This document shows positions 49,826 through 64,000 of a stretch of DNA of 64,000 nt, piece after piece (positions within the stretch are counted from its first letter, which is position 1; every line of letters starts with the position of its first letter). A program made the translations under genes and the position numbers. The stretch covers positions 21,266,001 to 21,330,000 of the forward strand of contig CM106585.1 of the NCBI GenBank assembly GCA_048013815.1, read 5' to 3'. The notes beneath the pieces were generated by a model that was not told where the DNA came from, did not search any database, and worked only from the letters and a program-made list of their open reading frames with translations. The stretch comes from Setoptus koraiensis (lineage: Eukaryota; Animalia; Arthropoda).

Positions 49826-52800
49826 ATGCTTCAAGCGGAGGAATTGCCCCAGCCAAGCATTGGCCACCAGCAACCTGCCACAAATTTCCTCGATTTGGAC
49901 ACACTTGTGAGCTATATACAAAAGAGAGTTGTCTCATTACTTGAATCCAACGATGTGGCGCCACGTTCTTTGATTAACATCCTAAATGAGCAGTCGTCAA
50001 GAGAGATTCTATCTCGATTTATTACCGATCCTCAATTACGAACTGTGTTGATTCGTCGCTATCCACGCAAAGAGGAGGGCGACGACGAAGAAGATGTATT
50101 CGATTGTGAATGTCTCTATGACCTATCAATATTCAGTCCAGAACTACAATTTGGTAATGCCGAGCCAGTTGTATTCATTAAATATTCTCAATTCTTAGAG
50201 GCCGATAAAAGGATGATGCGTCAAATTGGTATATTGACATTGAGCGATAAAGATTCCTATCAAATATTGCACTCTCACGTTAGCTCATTTGTAGCACCTT
50301 ATTTTAAACTATGTGTCAAAGATACAGGACGAGTAGGCGACAAAATGGTACCCAATGTCGAGAAGCACATTGCCGAACTCGAAATGAGTTTGTTGCATTT
50401 ACAACAAAACATTGACATTCCTGACATTACCTTGCCAATTAATCCTATTATTAATGCTACTATGAAACGTTGCCTAGAACAAGAGAAACGACCTGCAACA
50501 GTCAATGATTTTAGTGATAAAGTTGAAGATTCTGTTTTCCTCAATCAATTACAAAATGGCGTCAACAGATGGATAAGAGAAATACAACGTGTTACAAAGT
50601 TTGAGAGGGATCCCTCATCAGGAACAGCCCTTCAGGAGATAAGTTTTTGGACAAATCTCGAACGTGCGCTATTAAGGATTCAAGAGAAAAGAGAGAGCCC
50701 GGAGGTCCTTCTAACATTGGATATTCTTAAGAAAGGTAAACGTTTTCACGCTACCGTCAGTTTTGATGCAGATACTCAATTGAAAGAAGCTCTAGCTCAA
50801 GTAAATGACTACAGCCCTATCATGAAAGACTTCACTGCTTTGGACGAGTTATTGTCGACAACTGATTTAGATAAATTGAGCTCAGCTTTACAAGCGATCT
50901 TTCAGCATCTCAAAAAGATAAGAAATACAAAGTATCCATTCAAGAGAGCCCTCAAACTGATTGAAGCCATCTCCAGGGACTTAACTGCTCAAATGTTGAA
51001 AGTATTGGGAACTAGACGATTGATGCACATACCGTTCGATGAGTTCGAACGAGTTAATGCAATGTGCACCAAGGTATTCACTACATGGGAAGATGAATAC
51101 GACAAACTTCAGAACCATCTCAGAGACATGATCAAAAAGCAACGCGAAGAAAAAATCAAGCTCACGTGGAGAGTCAATTTGGCGCACCAAAAACTGCAAT
51201 TTAGGATGAAGAGTATGACAGTATTTCGTCAACAACATGAACAATTGAGAACTGTCATAACTCGTGTTCTCAGACCAACAAACACAAAGAAAGAACGTTT
51301 GGAGGAAGGCGCAGTTGTAGAGCAAACTGGTCACGTATCATCAGAATTTGCTGATATCAGTGCTATAGAAGAGGTAGATTCTGCCTACGAGCTAGTTAAA
51401 GAAATCGACGCTTGCGACATCAGCAAGGAAGGCGCGGACGCGTGGGAAGCAGCCCAGAAAAGATACGAGGAAAGAATAGATCGTGTGGAGTCATGTATCA
51501 CTGCAAGATTACGGGATCAATTAGGCACAGCTAAGAGTGCAAACGAAATGTTTAGAATATTCAGTAGATATAATGCATTGTTCGTCCGTCCTCACATTAG
51601 GGGTGCGATTAGAGAATATCAAGCACAACTCATACAAAGAGTCAAGGATGATATTGAGGCTTTGCATGAAAACTTTAAGATAAAGTCGGTTGATTACTCG
51701 AAATCGAAAACAGCTTTGATGGGAAAAGTCCGAGATATACCTCCCACATCTGGTAGTATTATTTGGACTAAACAAATCGAACGGCAACTAATAGTATACA
51801 TGAAACGAGTTGGTGATATTTTAGGAAAAGGTTGGGAGAATCACCTAGAAGGCCAGAGGCTGAGCCAAGATGCGGAGAAATTCAAATATATGTTAAATAC
51901 TCAAGCCTTATTCGATGATTGGTGCAGTAATGTTACTCAGCGACATCTTAAAGTGACGGATACTTCTAAACAGCAACAGATACCGCTCTTCTTGATTGAA
52001 AGCTGCCGATCTAAATCTGGTGTAGGTAACATACTGAAAATTAGAGTAAATTTCATGCCAGAGGTGATAACTTTCTACAAAGAAGTTCGCAATTTAAGAG
52101 CCTTATCTTTTCGAGTTCCCTTGGCTATTGTGAACAAAGCACATCAAGCCAATCAGCTATATCCCTCAGCAATATCTTTAATAGAATCATTGAAGTCATG
52201 TGAAAGGACATGCGAAAAACTAGAGGAGAGACCATCTGTGAAGCCACTGGTGGCTGAAATGAAACTGGAAGAGCAAAGGTTGAAAAGGTATGGAGTTGAT
52301 CTTATCTGGGACTCCTTCAAAGTAGAGAAATATGTTCAAGATTTCGCCAAACATGTCTACAACTTTGAGGACAAGGTAGATGAATTGCTTGCGATCGACG
52401 AACGTATAGAAATAGAAGTAAAAAGTTTGGGAGCTTGTGCATACTCTCCGACTGTATTTTCGGAAATACTCTCGAAGATCCAGAAAGCTGTTGACGATTT
52501 GAGTTTGCACCAGTATTCTAATTTGAATCAATGGGTCAAGTCATTGGATGCTCGCATCGAACAGAGATTAGCAGCTCGTCTGCAGGCAGGTATTCAATCT
52601 TGGACTGAGGCCCTGATAGGAAAGAAGCAGGATGATGATTCCGAAAATAGTCCAGACACTACCATGGGTAATAAACCTGGCGGTGAACCTAGAATAAATG
52701 AGATTGTTCATGAACTGAGAATAACAAACCAAGTCATGCACGTCAATCCCGGAATTGAAGATGCACGTTACAACCTGATGCAACAATTGTTTGCTTGGCA

Positions 52801-55800
52801 AAATGTGATCCTTACCCTGAATCGTATTGAATCAACTAGGTATCAAGTGGGCTTGGAGAGGACATCCATCGGACCATACAAAAATCTTCTCACCAAGTTA
52901 CCGGATGGTGCACTTCACTTAGAGGCCGCATACAGAGCCATTGAGGAAAAAATTAAGCAGATGCAAGATTACATCCAGCAATGGTTGGCTTATCAATCTC
53001 TGTGGGATTTGCAACCCGATATGCTTTATGATAAATTAGGTAATAACATTTCTCGTTGGATCAACACCTTGATTGAGATCAAAAACTCAAGGGCTACCTT
53101 TGACACGAGCGACACCAAAAAACGCATCGGTCCCATCGTAGTAGATTATGCTCGGGTACAGAGTAAAGTAGCCCTCCAGTATGATTCTTGGCACAAAGAT
53201 AAAGTGATGTCCAAATTTGCGTCCTTGCTCAGCGTGGAAATGTCTGATCTCCACTCCGCAATTTCGAAGGCAAGAACTGATCTGGAACTACAATCAATAG
53301 ACAGTGCAGATACCAAAGATGCAGTCTCTTTTATCACATTTGTCCAAGCTCTCAAGGCCAAGGCTCTAGATTGGGAAAAGCAAGTAGATTTATACAAGAA
53401 AGGTCAGCAGACATTGGAGAGACAACGTTTTCAGTTTCCGTCAGGTTGGCTTCATGTTGATAACATTGATGGAGAATGGAGCGCTTTCAACGAGATTATG
53501 AGACGAAAAGACTCATCGATTCAAGCTCAGATCTCAACACTGAGAGTCAAGATTATAGCTGAGGATAAATCTGTGGAACAAAGAACTGCCGATCTCTTGG
53601 ATGACTGGGAGGGTAAAAAGCCCATTCAGGGATCATCTGCTCCAGTAGATGCCCTCAATTGCTTGGCCATATACGAAGCCAAGTTTTCGCAACTGAAAGA
53701 AGATCGTCAGAACCTATCGAAAGCAAAAGATGCTCTAGAACTGATAGACTCCAATATTAACGTGGATCAACGTAAATCGAGTCATGGAAAACTTGAGGTA
53801 GCTTTAGAAGAACTGCAGGATCTCAAAGGTGTCTGGTCAAAACTGTCCAAGATATGGGCCCAAATAGAGCAACTGAGAAATCTTCGATGGAGTTCTGTTC
53901 AACCAAGAGATCTTAGAAAAAGTTTGGATGAATTATCCAATCAACTGAAAGAAATGCCATCAAGACTACAAAGTTACGCTAGTTATGATCATGTCAAATC
54001 ACTAATTAAGGGGTACCTAAAAGTTAATCTATTAGTTCATGAATTGAAATCAGATGCACTCAGAGATCGTCATTGGAAACAGTTGATTAAAATGCTCAAT
54101 GTTCAATGGGTATTATCTGAGTTAGATCTCGGAAAAGTCTGGGATATAGACCTCCAACGTAATGAAAATATTATCAAAGACGTCATACTTATCGCTCAAG
54201 GAGAGCTCGCGTTGGAAAATTTCCTGAAACAAGTGGAGGGGGCCTGGCAAGAATATGAACTAGATCTAGTCAATTATCAAAACAAATGCGTTCTAATAAC
54301 CAAGTGGGACGACCTATTCAACAAAGTCAAAGAACATATTAACTCTCTATCCGCAATGAAACTCTCTCCTTACTACAAACAATTCAAAGATGATTCCACA
54401 AAGTGGGAAGAAAAGCTCAACAAAATTAGTGCTCTATTCGATGTTTGGATCGATGTTCAACGTAGATGGGTTTATCTGGAAGGAATCTTCTCTGGTAGTT
54501 CCGACATTCAATCACTTATGCCAAAGGAGACAGCACGCTTTAGAACCATAAGCTCGGAAAATCAATCTGGTTTCTTGAAACTCATGCGACAAGTGTCAGA
54601 GAAGAGGCGCGTTATTGATGTGCTAGACATACCCGATGTACAACGTAACCTTGAATGGCTTGCTGATCAACTCTCGGCTACACAAAAGGCACTAGGCGAA
54701 TACCTTGAGCGCGAAAGATCATCATTTCCAAGATTTTATTTCGTCGGTGATGAGGATCTACTAGAAATTATTGGTAACTCAAACAACATAGGTAGATTAC
54801 AAAAACACTTTAGGAAAATGTTTTCCGGGGTCGCGTCAATCATCTTGAGCGAAGATTCGACTCTCATCTTGGGAGTTAGCTCTAGGGAGGGAGAGGATCT
54901 TATGTTTTTCAACAAGGTATCAGTCAAGGAAAATCCTAAAATCAACACATGGCTTCGTCTTATGGAGCAAGAGATACGATTGACCATCGCAAATTTATTA
55001 GCTAAAGCAGTTGTCGATATTGCCAAGTTTAAAGATGGTAACTTTAGTCCAGATGATTACATACAATGGCTAGATACCTACCAGGCTCAAGTTGCTGTGT
55101 TAGCTGCGCAAATTGCGTGGTCTGAATCAATGGAACTAGCTCTGAACTCTAGAGAGAAAGATCCAAGTTTAGGTACTAAACCTCTAGAGGAATGCCTCTC
55201 ATCGTGTGAGACAACTTTGAGAATTTTAGCTGACTGTGTCTTAGAGGAGCAGCCTCCCTTGAGACGCCGTAAATTAGAACATCTGATCACCGAGTTTGTT
55301 CACAAGAGGGACATTACTCGTGAACTCATAAAGCAAAACATCGAATCTCCAAAATCCTTCGCTTGGTTGAGGTTAATGAGATTCTACTTTGACCCTAGAC
55401 AACAAGATGTCCTACAACAACTGTCAGTTCATATGGCAAACGCACGATTCTACTACGGTTTTGAATATCTTGGAGTGCAAGACAAACTAGTTCAGACTCC
55501 ACTTACTGATCGATGTTACTTGACAATGACTCAAGCGTTAGAGGCTCGCCTGGGAGGATCTCCCTTTGGACCAGCCGGAACCGGTAAAACTGAAACAGTC
55601 AAAGCTCTTGGTCATCAGCTCGGTAGATTTGTCCTCGTTTTCAATTGTGATGAAAATTTCGATTTCCAAGCAGTTGGGCGCATATTTATCGGTTTGTGCC
55701 AAGTAGGTGCATGGGGTTGTTTCGATGAATTCAATCGTCTTGAGGAAAGGATGCTTTCTGCCGTCTCTCAACAGATACAAACTATTCAAGAAACATTAAA

Positions 55801-58800
55801 ATCGTCTGGCAACGTCAAAGATAAATCCTTGGTTGTAGATCTCATAGGCAAGCAAGTTTGTCTGAACCCAAACATGGCGATTTTCATCACTATGAATCCA
55901 GGCTACGCAGGAAGATCGAACTTACCTGACAATCTTAAGAAACTTTTCCGCCCGCTGGCGATGAACAAACCAGATCGACAACTGATAGCCCAAGTGATGT
56001 TGTTTTCTCAAGGTTTCAGGATGGCTGAGAACCTAGCAAACAAGATAGTTCCCTTCTTCAAACTATGTCATGAGCAATTGAGCTCACACTCGCATTACGA
56101 TTTTGGATTAAGGGCACTCAAGAGCGTTCTTGTTTCCGCTGGTATTATCAAAAGAGACTTGTTGCATTCTAATGTAGTCGACAGAATATCTGAGGATCCT
56201 ATACAAGAACAACAGATACTGATGCAATCAGTTTGTGAAACCATGAAACCCAAATTAGTTGCTGAGGATATACCACTTCTTTCCTCTCTCCTATCCGATG
56301 TGTTTCCAAATGTAACTTACGAAGAATCAAAGATGGGTGATCTCAGAGCTAGCATTGAAGCAGTCTGTAAAGAAATGAATTTGGTATACGGAGACAAGGA
56401 CACAGAGCAAGGATCTGCATGGGTGGAAAAAGTTCTTCAACTCTACCAGATAAGTAAGTTGAATCACGGATTGATGATGGTTGGACCTTCGGGCTGTGGT
56501 AAATCGACTGCATGCACCGTTTTACTACGTGCTATGGACCGTTTAGATGATGTAGAGAGTGTTTGCCACGTCATAGATCCCAAAGCCATTAGCAAAGATC
56601 TGCTATATGGTACTCTAGACCCAAATACCAGAGAATGGTCTGATGGTCTTTTCACTTGTATATTGCGTAAAATAATAGATAACGTAAGAGGAGAAATCAA
56701 TAAGCGACACTGGATTATATTCGATGGAGATGTAGATCCAGAATGGGTCGAGAATCTCAACTCTGTACTAGACGACAACAAGTTACTAACTTTACCAAAC
56801 GGAGAGCGTCTAAGTTTACCACCTAGTGTAAGGATACTTTTCGAAGTCCAGGATTTGAAGTTTGCCACTTTGGCCACAGTTTCCAGATGTGGTATGATAT
56901 GGTTCAGTGAGGATGTATTAACAACCAAAATGCTCGTAGATAATTTCCTAATGCAGCTAAAGAATGTACCTGTCGAGGATGCTGAAACGAGTCAGGTAGC
57001 AGATTACCGAAAAATGATACCATCTACAGGAGATTCGCAAATGAACACAATTGAGAAGTTTTCAACTTCATTGTTGTCTCAACAAGAAATTGCTGTTATC
57101 CTAGAGCCTCATCTTGAAGAAGGTCAAATAGTGTGTAGAGCGTTAGATTTCGCCTTGGAAAATGAGCACATCATGCAATTCACAAAATTCAGAGCCTTCA
57201 GAACCCTATTCTCTATGTTGAATCATACAGTCCGATCTGTTCTACGTTACAACAACAATCACCCAGACAATTCAATGAAGTCCGATCATTTGAGAGATTA
57301 TGTAGTCAATAGTTTAGTTTACAATGTGTTGTGGTCATTCACAGGTGACGCCAGATTAGACGTTAGAAACTCGTTGAGCAAGTTCATCCGAGACAACATG
57401 CACACTATTGAACTACCGTCAGCTCAATTGTTAGATTATGAAGTTCTTATTAATACTGGAAAATGGGCTCTATGGCAGAATAGAGTACCACAAATTGAGG
57501 TCGAAACGCATAAAGTTGCTGCTCCCGATGTTGTAGTTCCAACAATAGACACAGTCAGGCACGAGGCTCTACTCAACAACCTATTGGCAGAACATAAACC
57601 AATAATCTTGTGTGGACCTCCTGGTTCCGGAAAAACTATGACGTTATTTAGCTCCTTGCGATCTCTTCCTAACATGCAAGTAGTCGGACTGAATTTTTCA
57701 TCGGCAACCACACCAGAGCTCCTTCTAAAAACTTTTGATCATTACTGTATCCATGAACGGACACCAAACGGTGTCGTTCTTCGACCCAAGGAAAGAGGTT
57801 GGTTGATTCTTTTCTGTGATGAAATCAACTTACCTTCCATGGACAAATATGAGACAATACGTGTGATTAGTTTCCTTCGGCAACTTGTTGAGCGAGGTGG
57901 ATTTTGGCGCACATCTGATCATACATGGGTGAAGACGGAACGAATACAATTTGTCGGTGCATGTAATCCTCCCACCGACCCTGGAAGAAAACCTCTATCA
58001 TTGCGTTTCTTGCGCCATGTTCCTATAATATACGTAGACTATCCAGGAAGAACATCTTTGATGCAAATTTATAGCACATTCAACCGAGCCATGCTGCGAA
58101 TGGTACCTAATCTAAGATCGTATTCAGACCAGCTTACATCCGCTATGGTCGAATTTTATCTCCTATCGCAGCAAAGATTCACCCAGGATATGCAGCCCCA
58201 TTATATTTATTCCCCTCGTGAACTTACCCGATGGGTCAGAGGTATATGCGAAGCTATCAGACCCTTAGATGCTCTTTCTATCGAAGAACTAGTCAAGTTG
58301 TGGGCTCACGAAGCTCTTAGATTATTCCAAGATCGTCTCGTCGAAGATTCAGAAAGAGAATGGACCGATAAAAATATAAATGAAGTGGCGAAAAGAAACT
58401 TCCCTAGCATAGATTCTGACAAAGCGTTGGAGAGGCCCATCTTATACTCTAACTGGTTGAAAAAAGATTACGTCGCAATCGATAGAGATGAACTGAGAGA
58501 TTTCACAAAGGCAAGACTTAAAGAATTTTGTGAAGAAGAGCTGGATGTTGAATTGGTATTATTCAATGAGGTATTGGACCACGTTTTGCGCATAGATAGA
58601 GTTTTTAGGCAACCGCAAGGCCACCTTCTTTTGATTGGTGTCTCTGGAGCAGGGAAGACAACCTTATCTAAATTTGTAGCCTGGATGAATGGATTGAGCA
58701 TTTTCCAAATTAAGGTTCACAACCGTTATACTGCTAGTAACTTCGATGAGGATCTGCGACAAGTACTAAGAAGAGCAGGCTGTCGCAACGAAAAGATTTG

Positions 58801-61800
58801 TTTCATATTAGACGAATCAAATGTTCTGGACTCAAGCTTCCTCGAAAGAATGAACACACTCTTAGCCAACGGCGAAGTCCCCGGTTTGTTCGAAGGTGAC
58901 GAGCTTAGTGCACTCATGACTCAATGTAAGGAGGGTTCCCAACGAGAGGGTCAAGTCATCAAAGAACCCGAAGAGTTGTACAGATGGTTCACAAACCAAG
59001 TCATGAAGAACTTACATGTTGTATTCACCATGAACCCTTCTACTGAAGGTCTGAAAGATAGAGCCTCAACTTCACCTGCCTTATTCAATCGTTGTGTTGT
59101 CAACTGGTTCGGGGATTGGTCAGATGAGGCATTATTCCAAGTTGGCAAACAATTTACGTCCAAACTTGATATCGACCGTCAATACATCGCGCCGGAGAAA
59201 TTTCCCAAAGCATTCGTCGACCTTCCGGAACCACCAAGCCACAGGGATGCTATAAACAATGCATTTGTTTACGTTCATCAAACACTGCATAAGATGTATG
59301 AAAGAATGCGCAAACGAAACCAACGTGTAACATACATAACCCCTAGACACTACCTAGACTTTATAAACCACTATGTCAAGCTTTTCCATGAGAAATGCTC
59401 GGAGTTACAGGATGAGCAACTGCATCTTACTGTCGGTTTGAATAGAATCAACGAAACAGTCGAACAAGTTGAAGAGATGCAGAGTTCTCTAAAGATCAAG
59501 AGTGTGGAATTGGAAGCCAAGAATAAAGAAGCCCAGTCTAAAATGGAGAATATAATCCAGAACCGAGAGGAGGCTAGGCACCGCACCAAAGAGTCAGAAG
59601 AGATTCAAAAAGCACTGATGAAGCAAGAAAGCGTCATTGCAGAAAAAAGAGCCTCAGTCATGGAAGATTTGAGCAAGGTAGAACCGGCAGTACGAGAGGC
59701 TCAACAAGCTGTCCAATCCATTAAGAAACAAAATCTCATTGAGGTCAGATCTATGACGAATCCACCTGCAGCTGTAAAATTAGCAATGGAATCAATATGC
59801 CTACTCCTAGGTGAACAAAACACTGATTGGAAGACTATTCGATCCATGATTGTTGGTGAGAATTTCATCTCCACTATAGTCAACTTCTCAAGCGACAATC
59901 TGTCGGATAACATTAGAAAGCAGATGCGTGAGAAGTATCTCAAGAATCCTGATTACAGTTTTGAGAAGATTAACCGTGCTTCATCAGCTTGTGGACCCCT
60001 AGTGAAATGGGCTTGCGCTCAATTGAATTATGCCGATATGGTTAGACAAATAGAGCCGTTAAGGAATGAGCTCAAAAGTTTGGAGGCTGAAGCCTCTGTC
60101 AACAAAAAGAAAGCGGAGGAGAATAAAGACATATTGGAGAGATTGAAGAAAACTATCGATTCATATGAAGAAGAATACGGTGGCCTCAAATACGAAGCGA
60201 AAATGATCGAGGAAGGTTTGAAAACAGTTGAAGCGAAAGTAAACCGCAGTATGGCATTGTTGGGTAGTCTCAGCTCTGAGAGAACGCGCTGGGAGAAAGC
60301 CAGTCACGAGTTCAAGAGTCAAATGGATAACATCGCCGGTGACGTGTTATTGTCATCAGCTTTCTTGGCCTACGCAGGATTCTTCGACCAACAAAGCAGA
60401 ACGACCTTATTTGATTTGTGGAGGGCACATCTAAGACAATCTCACATCAAGTTCAGGCCTGATCTGGCACTAACCGAATATCTCTCATCACCCGACGAAC
60501 GGCTCAGGTGGCAAGCCAACGCTCTGCCCAGCGATGACCTTTGCACAGAGAACGCAATCATGATGAGAAGATTCAATAGATATCCTCTCATTATAGATCC
60601 AAGCGGTCAAGCTACTAAATTCTTGCTCAATGAATTCAAGGGTCGAAAGATAACAAGGACAAGCTTCTTGGATGATTCATTCAGGAAGAATCTTGAGTCT
60701 GCTCTCAGATTTGGTAATCCATTATTGGTACAAGATGTCGAGAATTATGATCCTATTCTAAACTCTGTCCTGAATCGCGAGGTTCGAAAAACCGCTGGAC
60801 GTGTCCTTATATCACTGGGCGATCAAGATATTGATTTATCACCCAGTTTCTGCATCTTCCTATCAACACGTGATCCAACCGTTGAATTCTCCCCGGATAT
60901 TTGCTCAAGAGTGACATTTGTCAACTTTACCATCACAATGAGCAGTCTTCAAAGTCAATGCTTGCATCGATCTCTGAAAGCCGAGCGACCAGATATCGAC
61001 GAAAAACGATCAGATCTACTCAAGTTACAAGGAGAATTCCAAGTTAGATTGAGGCAATTAGAGAAATCGCTATTGCAAGCTTTGAACGACTCCAAGGGTA
61101 GAATTTTGGATGATGATTCCGTGATCTCTACGCTTGAACGGCTCAAACTAGAGGCAGATGAGATATCCCGTAAGGTTGAGGAGACCGATAGAGTCATCGA
61201 AGAAGTTGAAACAGTGTCTCAACAATACAATCCACTATCTGTTGCTTGCAGCTCCATCTTCTTCACCATGGATAGGCTTAACCAAGTGCACTCCCTATAC
61301 CAATACTCGCTTGATTTCTTCTTCGGAATATTGGATGATGTACTGAACAAAAATACCAAATTGGACAATGTCATAGATAAGAATAAGAGGCTATCCATAA
61401 TAACAGAGAATCTCTTTGAGAATGTTTACAAACGGGTTACCCGTGGAATGTTGCACGAAGATTGGATTGTGTTTGCTACATTATTGTGCAAAATACATCT
61501 CAAAGTATTATCTACAGAGCCCAACTTTGAGAAAGAGTTTGACTATTATCTTCGTAATAGACGCCAGGCTATTGCCGTGGATTCCTCTGGTGCCATAACA
61601 ACGGTCGCTTCCAACTTCAAGTCTGTTAGTTGGTTAACAACTGTACAAAATCAAGCTTTAGAATCATTGATATTATCCGATCTAACCCAATTCAAATGCT
61701 TGACTGACTTAATAGTAGAAGGTGCCGATAGTATAAAGAGTTGGATGGAATTACCGGCGCCTGAATTGTCCGTGCCGATCTTGTGGGATAACACCACTCC

Positions 61801-63841
61801 TATCACAGCCATCGGTACAGCAATGCGTCAGTTGATTATTATTCAAGCATTTAGGCCAGATCGAATACCCGCTATGACAGACATATTTGTGAGAGCAGTA
61901 TTAGGGAATCAGTTCGTTGATTGTAACGATGGCGAAGTAAGATTAGCTGACGTGGTTGACAAAGAAATTAAAGCCTCTATACCTGTTCTGATGTGTTCTG
62001 CCTCTGGCTACGACGCCAGCGGAAGAGTTGATGATTTGGCAGCTGAACTTTCGCGACCCATCACCTCTATTGCCATAGGATCAGCTGAAGGATTTAACCA
62101 AGCTGAGAGTGCCATCAATAGCGCTTCGAAGAATGGCAAGTGGGTCATGCTCAAGAACGTGCATCTAGCTCCACAATGGCTGGTGCAACTGGAGAAGAAA
62201 CTCTACTCCCTGGAGCCCCATACAAACTTCCGCCTATTCTTAACATTGGAGATTCATCCGAAAATTCCCGTCAATTTACTACGTGCTGGTCGAATATTCG
62301 TCTATGAGCCACCTCCTGGTATTAAGGCTAATCTGCTCAGAACATTCAATACTATACCTGCTTCGCAAATGATGAGAACACCTAATGAAAGGTCTAGATT
62401 ATACTTCTTGCTTGCATGGTTCCATGCGATAGTCCAGGAACGACTACGTTATCGACCGCTAGGTTGGTCAAAATGTTATGAGTTCAACGAGTCTGACTTA
62501 AAAGTTGCAGTCAGCACACTGGACACATGGCTTGATTCGGCAACCCAAGGAAGAAACAACATAGCTCCCGAAAAGATACCTTGGCAGGCAATATGCACAT
62601 TGTTAGGCGAGTGTATTTATGGTGGTAAAGTGGACAACATATTCGATCATCGACTGCTCAAATCGTTCCTTAGAAAATTCTTTACTAGCAAGAGTTTTGA
62701 GTCGGATGGTTTCGCTTTGGTTGAAGATAGACTGAATCCGAATAATACTGTTCTCATTCCCGAAGGTATACGTCGAGATCAATTTCTATCTTGGGTTGAG
62801 GCCCTGGGTCCATCGAGTCAATCACCAACTTGGTTAGGTTTGCCGCCCAATGCTGAACGGGTTATACTAAGAAATCACGGCCAGAATATGATAAGCAAAT
62901 TATTAAGATTGCAGGCACTAGAGGATAACGACGAAGTTTTGGTGAGCATAAGCCAGAAAGCTGGTGACTCTAGCACTGATTCCTCTTTGGTGAGCGAACT
63001 TTCAGGTGGTGACGTAAGACCTACATACATGCGAGAGTTGGCGATAGATATCGAGAATTGGTTGAAGTTTCTGCCTGATAGATTGGAATTTTTGCGAAGA
63101 AGTATGGACAATATCAAAGATCCCTTATTTAGATACTTTGAGAGAGAAGTCAGCGTTGCTGCTAAGCTGCTCATGGATATAAGACGTGATCTGATGGAGT
63201 TGAGGGACATTTGCGATCCAGATAAGAGAATCAAGCAAACAAATTTCCACCGTGATATGGTCGAGCGTCTAGTCAAGGAACAGATACCGGAACATTGGAT
63301 CAGATATAAAGTATTGAAAGATATGAAAGTCAGGGCTTGGATAACAGATTTCTCGGAGCGCCTGAAACAACTGAACAGCGTTGTCGAAAGGTCCTCATCT
63401 TCGTTGAAAAATTTGCCAATCAACCTTGGGCGCCTTCTAAACCCTGAGGCCTATATCACCGCCACTAGGCAGTACGTGGCTCAAGCAAACAGTTGGTCGT
63501 TAGAAGAGTTGGAATTGGAGTTCACCATTCACGATACTACAAACGGCTCAGAGATGGATGGCGGTAGTTTTACCATACTTGGATTGCATTTGGAGGGAGC
63601 TACTAGCAGAGACAATAAATTATATCTTACGACTGCCATAATGACAGAGATTCCACTGGCAAGTATGAAATGGGTCAAGCGTAAGGCCAAAGAGGAAGGT
63701 TATATATCATTACCCGTGTATTTGGACCAAACAAGAGATGATCTACTGTTTACTATTGAAATGAAACCGGATGGCCAGGACAATATATGGTCATTCTTTG
63801 AGCGAGGTGTTGCTGTGACTTGCTGCTCAGCATCAGCTTGA
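49826..63841 (+). CDS. Dhc64C: Cytoplasmic dynein 1 heavy chain, full length, single exon, 4671 aa
   Basis: Uninterrupted 14,016-nt ORF with the N-terminal tail ([18 protein letters not shown]), linker, four P-loops ([32 protein letters not shown]), coiled-coil stalk/MTBD ([11 protein letters not shown]), AAA5/AAA6 and the C-terminal ERGVAV. These match metazoan DYNC1H1/Dhc64C. In-frame TAG upstream at 49793. Confidence 0.98.
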   Translation: MLQAEELPQPSIGHQQPATNFLDLDTLVSYIQKRVVSLLESNDVAPRSLINILNEQSSREILSRFITDPQLRTVLIRRYPRKEEGDDEEDVFDCECLYDLSIFSPELQFGNAEPVVFIKYSQFLEADKRMMRQIGILTLSDKDSYQILHSHVSSFVAPYFKLCVKDTGRVGDKMVPNVEKHIAELEMSLLHLQQNIDIPDITLPINPIINATMKRCLEQEKRPATVNDFSDKVEDSVFLNQLQNGVNRWIREIQRVTKFERDPSSGTALQEISFWTNLERALLRIQEKRESPEVLLTLDILKKGKRFHATVSFDADTQLKEALAQVNDYSPIMKDFTALDELLSTTDLDKLSSALQAIFQHLKKIRNTKYPFKRALKLIEAISRDLTAQMLKVLGTRRLMHIPFDEFERVNAMCTKVFTTWEDEYDKLQNHLRDMIKKQREEKIKLTWRVNLAHQKLQFRMKSMTVFRQQHEQLRTVITRVLRPTNTKKERLEEGAVVEQTGHVSSEFADISAIEEVDSAYELVKEIDACDISKEGADAWEAAQKRYEERIDRVESCITARLRDQLGTAKSANEMFRIFSRYNALFVRPHIRGAIREYQAQLIQRVKDDIEALHENFKIKSVDYSKSKTALMGKVRDIPPTSGSIIWTKQIERQLIVYMKRVGDILGKGWENHLEGQRLSQDAEKFKYMLNTQALFDDWCSNVTQRHLKVTDTSKQQQIPLFLIESCRSKSGVGNILKIRVNFMPEVITFYKEVRNLRALSFRVPLAIVNKAHQANQLYPSAISLIESLKSCERTCEKLEERPSVKPLVAEMKLEEQRLKRYGVDLIWDSFKVEKYVQDFAKHVYNFEDKVDELLAIDERIEIEVKSLGACAYSPTVFSEILSKIQKAVDDLSLHQYSNLNQWVKSLDARIEQRLAARLQAGIQSWTEALIGKKQDDDSENSPDTTMGNKPGGEPRINEIVHELRITNQVMHVNPGIEDARYNLMQQLFAWQNVILTLNRIESTRYQVGLERTSIGPYKNLLTKLPDGALHLEAAYRAIEEKIKQMQDYIQQWLAYQSLWDLQPDMLYDKLGNNISRWINTLIEIKNSRATFDTSDTKKRIGPIVVDYARVQSKVALQYDSWHKDKVMSKFASLLSVEMSDLHSAISKARTDLELQSIDSADTKDAVSFITFVQALKAKALDWEKQVDLYKKGQQTLERQRFQFPSGWLHVDNIDGEWSAFNEIMRRKDSSIQAQISTLRVKIIAEDKSVEQRTADLLDDWEGKKPIQGSSAPVDALNCLAIYEAKFSQLKEDRQNLSKAKDALELIDSNINVDQRKSSHGKLEVALEELQDLKGVWSKLSKIWAQIEQLRNLRWSSVQPRDLRKSLDELSNQLKEMPSRLQSYASYDHVKSLIKGYLKVNLLVHELKSDALRDRHWKQLIKMLNVQWVLSELDLGKVWDIDLQRNENIIKDVILIAQGELALENFLKQVEGAWQEYELDLVNYQNKCVLITKWDDLFNKVKEHINSLSAMKLSPYYKQFKDDSTKWEEKLNKISALFDVWIDVQRRWVYLEGIFSGSSDIQSLMPKETARFRTISSENQSGFLKLMRQVSEKRRVIDVLDIPDVQRNLEWLADQLSATQKALGEYLERERSSFPRFYFVGDEDLLEIIGNSNNIGRLQKHFRKMFSGVASIILSEDSTLILGVSSREGEDLMFFNKVSVKENPKINTWLRLMEQEIRLTIANLLAKAVVDIAKFKDGNFSPDDYIQWLDTYQAQVAVLAAQIAWSESMELALNSREKDPSLGTKPLEECLSSCETTLRILADCVLEEQPPLRRRKLEHLITEFVHKRDITRELIKQNIESPKSFAWLRLMRFYFDPRQQDVLQQLSVHMANARFYYGFEYLGVQDKLVQTPLTDRCYLTMTQALEARLGGSPFGPAGTGKTETVKALGHQLGRFVLVFNCDENFDFQAVGRIFIGLCQVGAWGCFDEFNRLEERMLSAVSQQIQTIQETLKSSGNVKDKSLVVDLIGKQVCLNPNMAIFITMNPGYAGRSNLPDNLKKLFRPLAMNKPDRQLIAQVMLFSQGFRMAENLANKIVPFFKLCHEQLSSHSHYDFGLRALKSVLVSAGIIKRDLLHSNVVDRISEDPIQEQQILMQSVCETMKPKLVAEDIPLLSSLLSDVFPNVTYEESKMGDLRASIEAVCKEMNLVYGDKDTEQGSAWVEKVLQLYQISKLNHGLMMVGPSGCGKSTACTVLLRAMDRLDDVESVCHVIDPKAISKDLLYGTLDPNTREWSDGLFTCILRKIIDNVRGEINKRHWIIFDGDVDPEWVENLNSVLDDNKLLTLPNGERLSLPPSVRILFEVQDLKFATLATVSRCGMIWFSEDVLTTKMLVDNFLMQLKNVPVEDAETSQVADYRKMIPSTGDSQMNTIEKFSTSLLSQQEIAVILEPHLEEGQIVCRALDFALENEHIMQFTKFRAFRTLFSMLNHTVRSVLRYNNNHPDNSMKSDHLRDYVVNSLVYNVLWSFTGDARLDVRNSLSKFIRDNMHTIELPSAQLLDYEVLINTGKWALWQNRVPQIEVETHKVAAPDVVVPTIDTVRHEALLNNLLAEHKPIILCGPPGSGKTMTLFSSLRSLPNMQVVGLNFSSATTPELLLKTFDHYCIHERTPNGVVLRPKERGWLILFCDEINLPSMDKYETIRVISFLRQLVERGGFWRTSDHTWVKTERIQFVGACNPPTDPGRKPLSLRFLRHVPIIYVDYPGRTSLMQIYSTFNRAMLRMVPNLRSYSDQLTSAMVEFYLLSQQRFTQDMQPHYIYSPRELTRWVRGICEAIRPLDALSIEELVKLWAHEALRLFQDRLVEDSEREWTDKNINEVAKRNFPSIDSDKALERPILYSNWLKKDYVAIDRDELRDFTKARLKEFCEEELDVELVLFNEVLDHVLRIDRVFRQPQGHLLLIGVSGAGKTTLSKFVAWMNGLSIFQIKVHNRYTASNFDEDLRQVLRRAGCRNEKICFILDESNVLDSSFLERMNTLLANGEVPGLFEGDELSALMTQCKEGSQREGQVIKEPEELYRWFTNQVMKNLHVVFTMNPSTEGLKDRASTSPALFNRCVVNWFGDWSDEALFQVGKQFTSKLDIDRQYIAPEKFPKAFVDLPEPPSHRDAINNAFVYVHQTLHKMYERMRKRNQRVTYITPRHYLDFINHYVKLFHEKCSELQDEQLHLTVGLNRINETVEQVEEMQSSLKIKSVELEAKNKEAQSKMENIIQNREEARHRTKESEEIQKALMKQESVIAEKRASVMEDLSKVEPAVREAQQAVQSIKKQNLIEVRSMTNPPAAVKLAMESICLLLGEQNTDWKTIRSMIVGENFISTIVNFSSDNLSDNIRKQMREKYLKNPDYSFEKINRASSACGPLVKWACAQLNYADMVRQIEPLRNELKSLEAEASVNKKKAEENKDILERLKKTIDSYEEEYGGLKYEAKMIEEGLKTVEAKVNRSMALLGSLSSERTRWEKASHEFKSQMDNIAGDVLLSSAFLAYAGFFDQQSRTTLFDLWRAHLRQSHIKFRPDLALTEYLSSPDERLRWQANALPSDDLCTENAIMMRRFNRYPLIIDPSGQATKFLLNEFKGRKITRTSFLDDSFRKNLESALRFGNPLLVQDVENYDPILNSVLNREVRKTAGRVLISLGDQDIDLSPSFCIFLSTRDPTVEFSPDICSRVTFVNFTITMSSLQSQCLHRSLKAERPDIDEKRSDLLKLQGEFQVRLRQLEKSLLQALNDSKGRILDDDSVISTLERLKLEADEISRKVEETDRVIEEVETVSQQYNPLSVACSSIFFTMDRLNQVHSLYQYSLDFFFGILDDVLNKNTKLDNVIDKNKRLSIITENLFENVYKRVTRGMLHEDWIVFATLLCKIHLKVLSTEPNFEKEFDYYLRNRRQAIAVDSSGAITTVASNFKSVSWLTTVQNQALESLILSDLTQFKCLTDLIVEGADSIKSWMELPAPELSVPILWDNTTPITAIGTAMRQLIIIQAFRPDRIPAMTDIFVRAVLGNQFVDCNDGEVRLADVVDKEIKASIPVLMCSASGYDASGRVDDLAAELSRPITSIAIGSAEGFNQAESAINSASKNGKWVMLKNVHLAPQWLVQLEKKLYSLEPHTNFRLFLTLEIHPKIPVNLLRAGRIFVYEPPPGIKANLLRTFNTIPASQMMRTPNERSRLYFLLAWFHAIVQERLRYRPLGWSKCYEFNESDLKVAVSTLDTWLDSATQGRNNIAPEKIPWQAICTLLGECIYGGKVDNIFDHRLLKSFLRKFFTSKSFESDGFALVEDRLNPNNTVLIPEGIRRDQFLSWVEALGPSSQSPTWLGLPPNAERVILRNHGQNMISKLLRLQALEDNDEVLVSISQKAGDSSTDSSLVSELSGGDVRPTYMRELAIDIENWLKFLPDRLEFLRRSMDNIKDPLFRYFEREVSVAAKLLMDIRRDLMELRDICDPDKRIKQTNFHRDMVERLVKEQIPEHWIRYKVLKDMKVRAWITDFSERLKQLNSVVERSSSSLKNLPINLGRLLNPEAYITATRQYVAQANSWSLEELELEFTIHDTTNGSEMDGGSFTILGLHLEGATSRDNKLYLTTAIMTEIPLASMKWVKRKAKEEGYISLPVYLDQTRDDLLFTIEMKPDGQDNIWSFFERGVAVTCCSASA

Positions 63842-63887
63842 TTTTAAGTTTAGTTCTATTTGTAATATAAACATGTATATTTGATAT

Positions 63888-63893
63888 AATAAA
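63888..63893 (+). terminator. Candidate polyadenylation signal AATAAA of the dynein heavy chain gene
   Basis: About 47 nt after the stop codon, in AT-rich UTR. Confidence 0.5.
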
Positions 63894-64000
63894 TGATAAG
63901 TCACACCAACTATATAAACTACAACAATGTATCACATTGCTTTCAGTGAAAAAAAAAAAACATTTTTTTAGTTGTCGATGTGTGACGGCTAGATCGTTTC

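Noticed and set aside
50299-63423. Numerous minus-strand ORFs inside the dynein CDS (likewise plus-strand ORFs inside tsh)
   Set aside because: They are antisense shadows of long coding frames.

Overview
Eukaryotic (arthropod) genomic DNA. The compact, intron-poor gene-dense parts suggest a mite such as an eriophyoid, but that is inference. Four protein-coding genes can be supported. (1) A teashirt/tiptop-family zinc-finger transcription factor on the minus strand, join of 11971..10744, 9604..7300 and 6223..4177, about 1859 aa. (2) An SLC22/organic-cation-transporter-like MFS gene on the plus strand, 6 exons, 44661..47319. (3) A 3-exon orphan secreted protein with a C-terminal 17-aa tandem repeat, 47875..48657. 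(4) A complete, intronless cytoplasmic dynein-1 heavy chain, 49826..63841, 4671 aa. A 32.7-kb stretch upstream of tsh (11972..44660) has no credible ORF. It is rich in microsatellites and short tandem arrays and contains a cluster of Pho/YY1-like motifs and an orphan Inr+DPE match. The second tsh intron holds a ~390-bp TIR-bounded MITE next to a probable decayed hAT transposase fragment. Weaker relics resembling an aspartic protease (~3.06-3.69 kb) and a LINE reverse transcriptase (~48.86-49.38 kb) lie in intergenic DNA. No rRNA, tRNA, CRISPR array or recognisable miRNA was found. I did not find a clear-cut novel system. The best leads are the atypical Tsh protein, the orphan secreted protein, the putative Polycomb/promoter module in the desert, and the contrast in intron retention between neighbouring genes. 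All homology calls were made by eye, without database searches.
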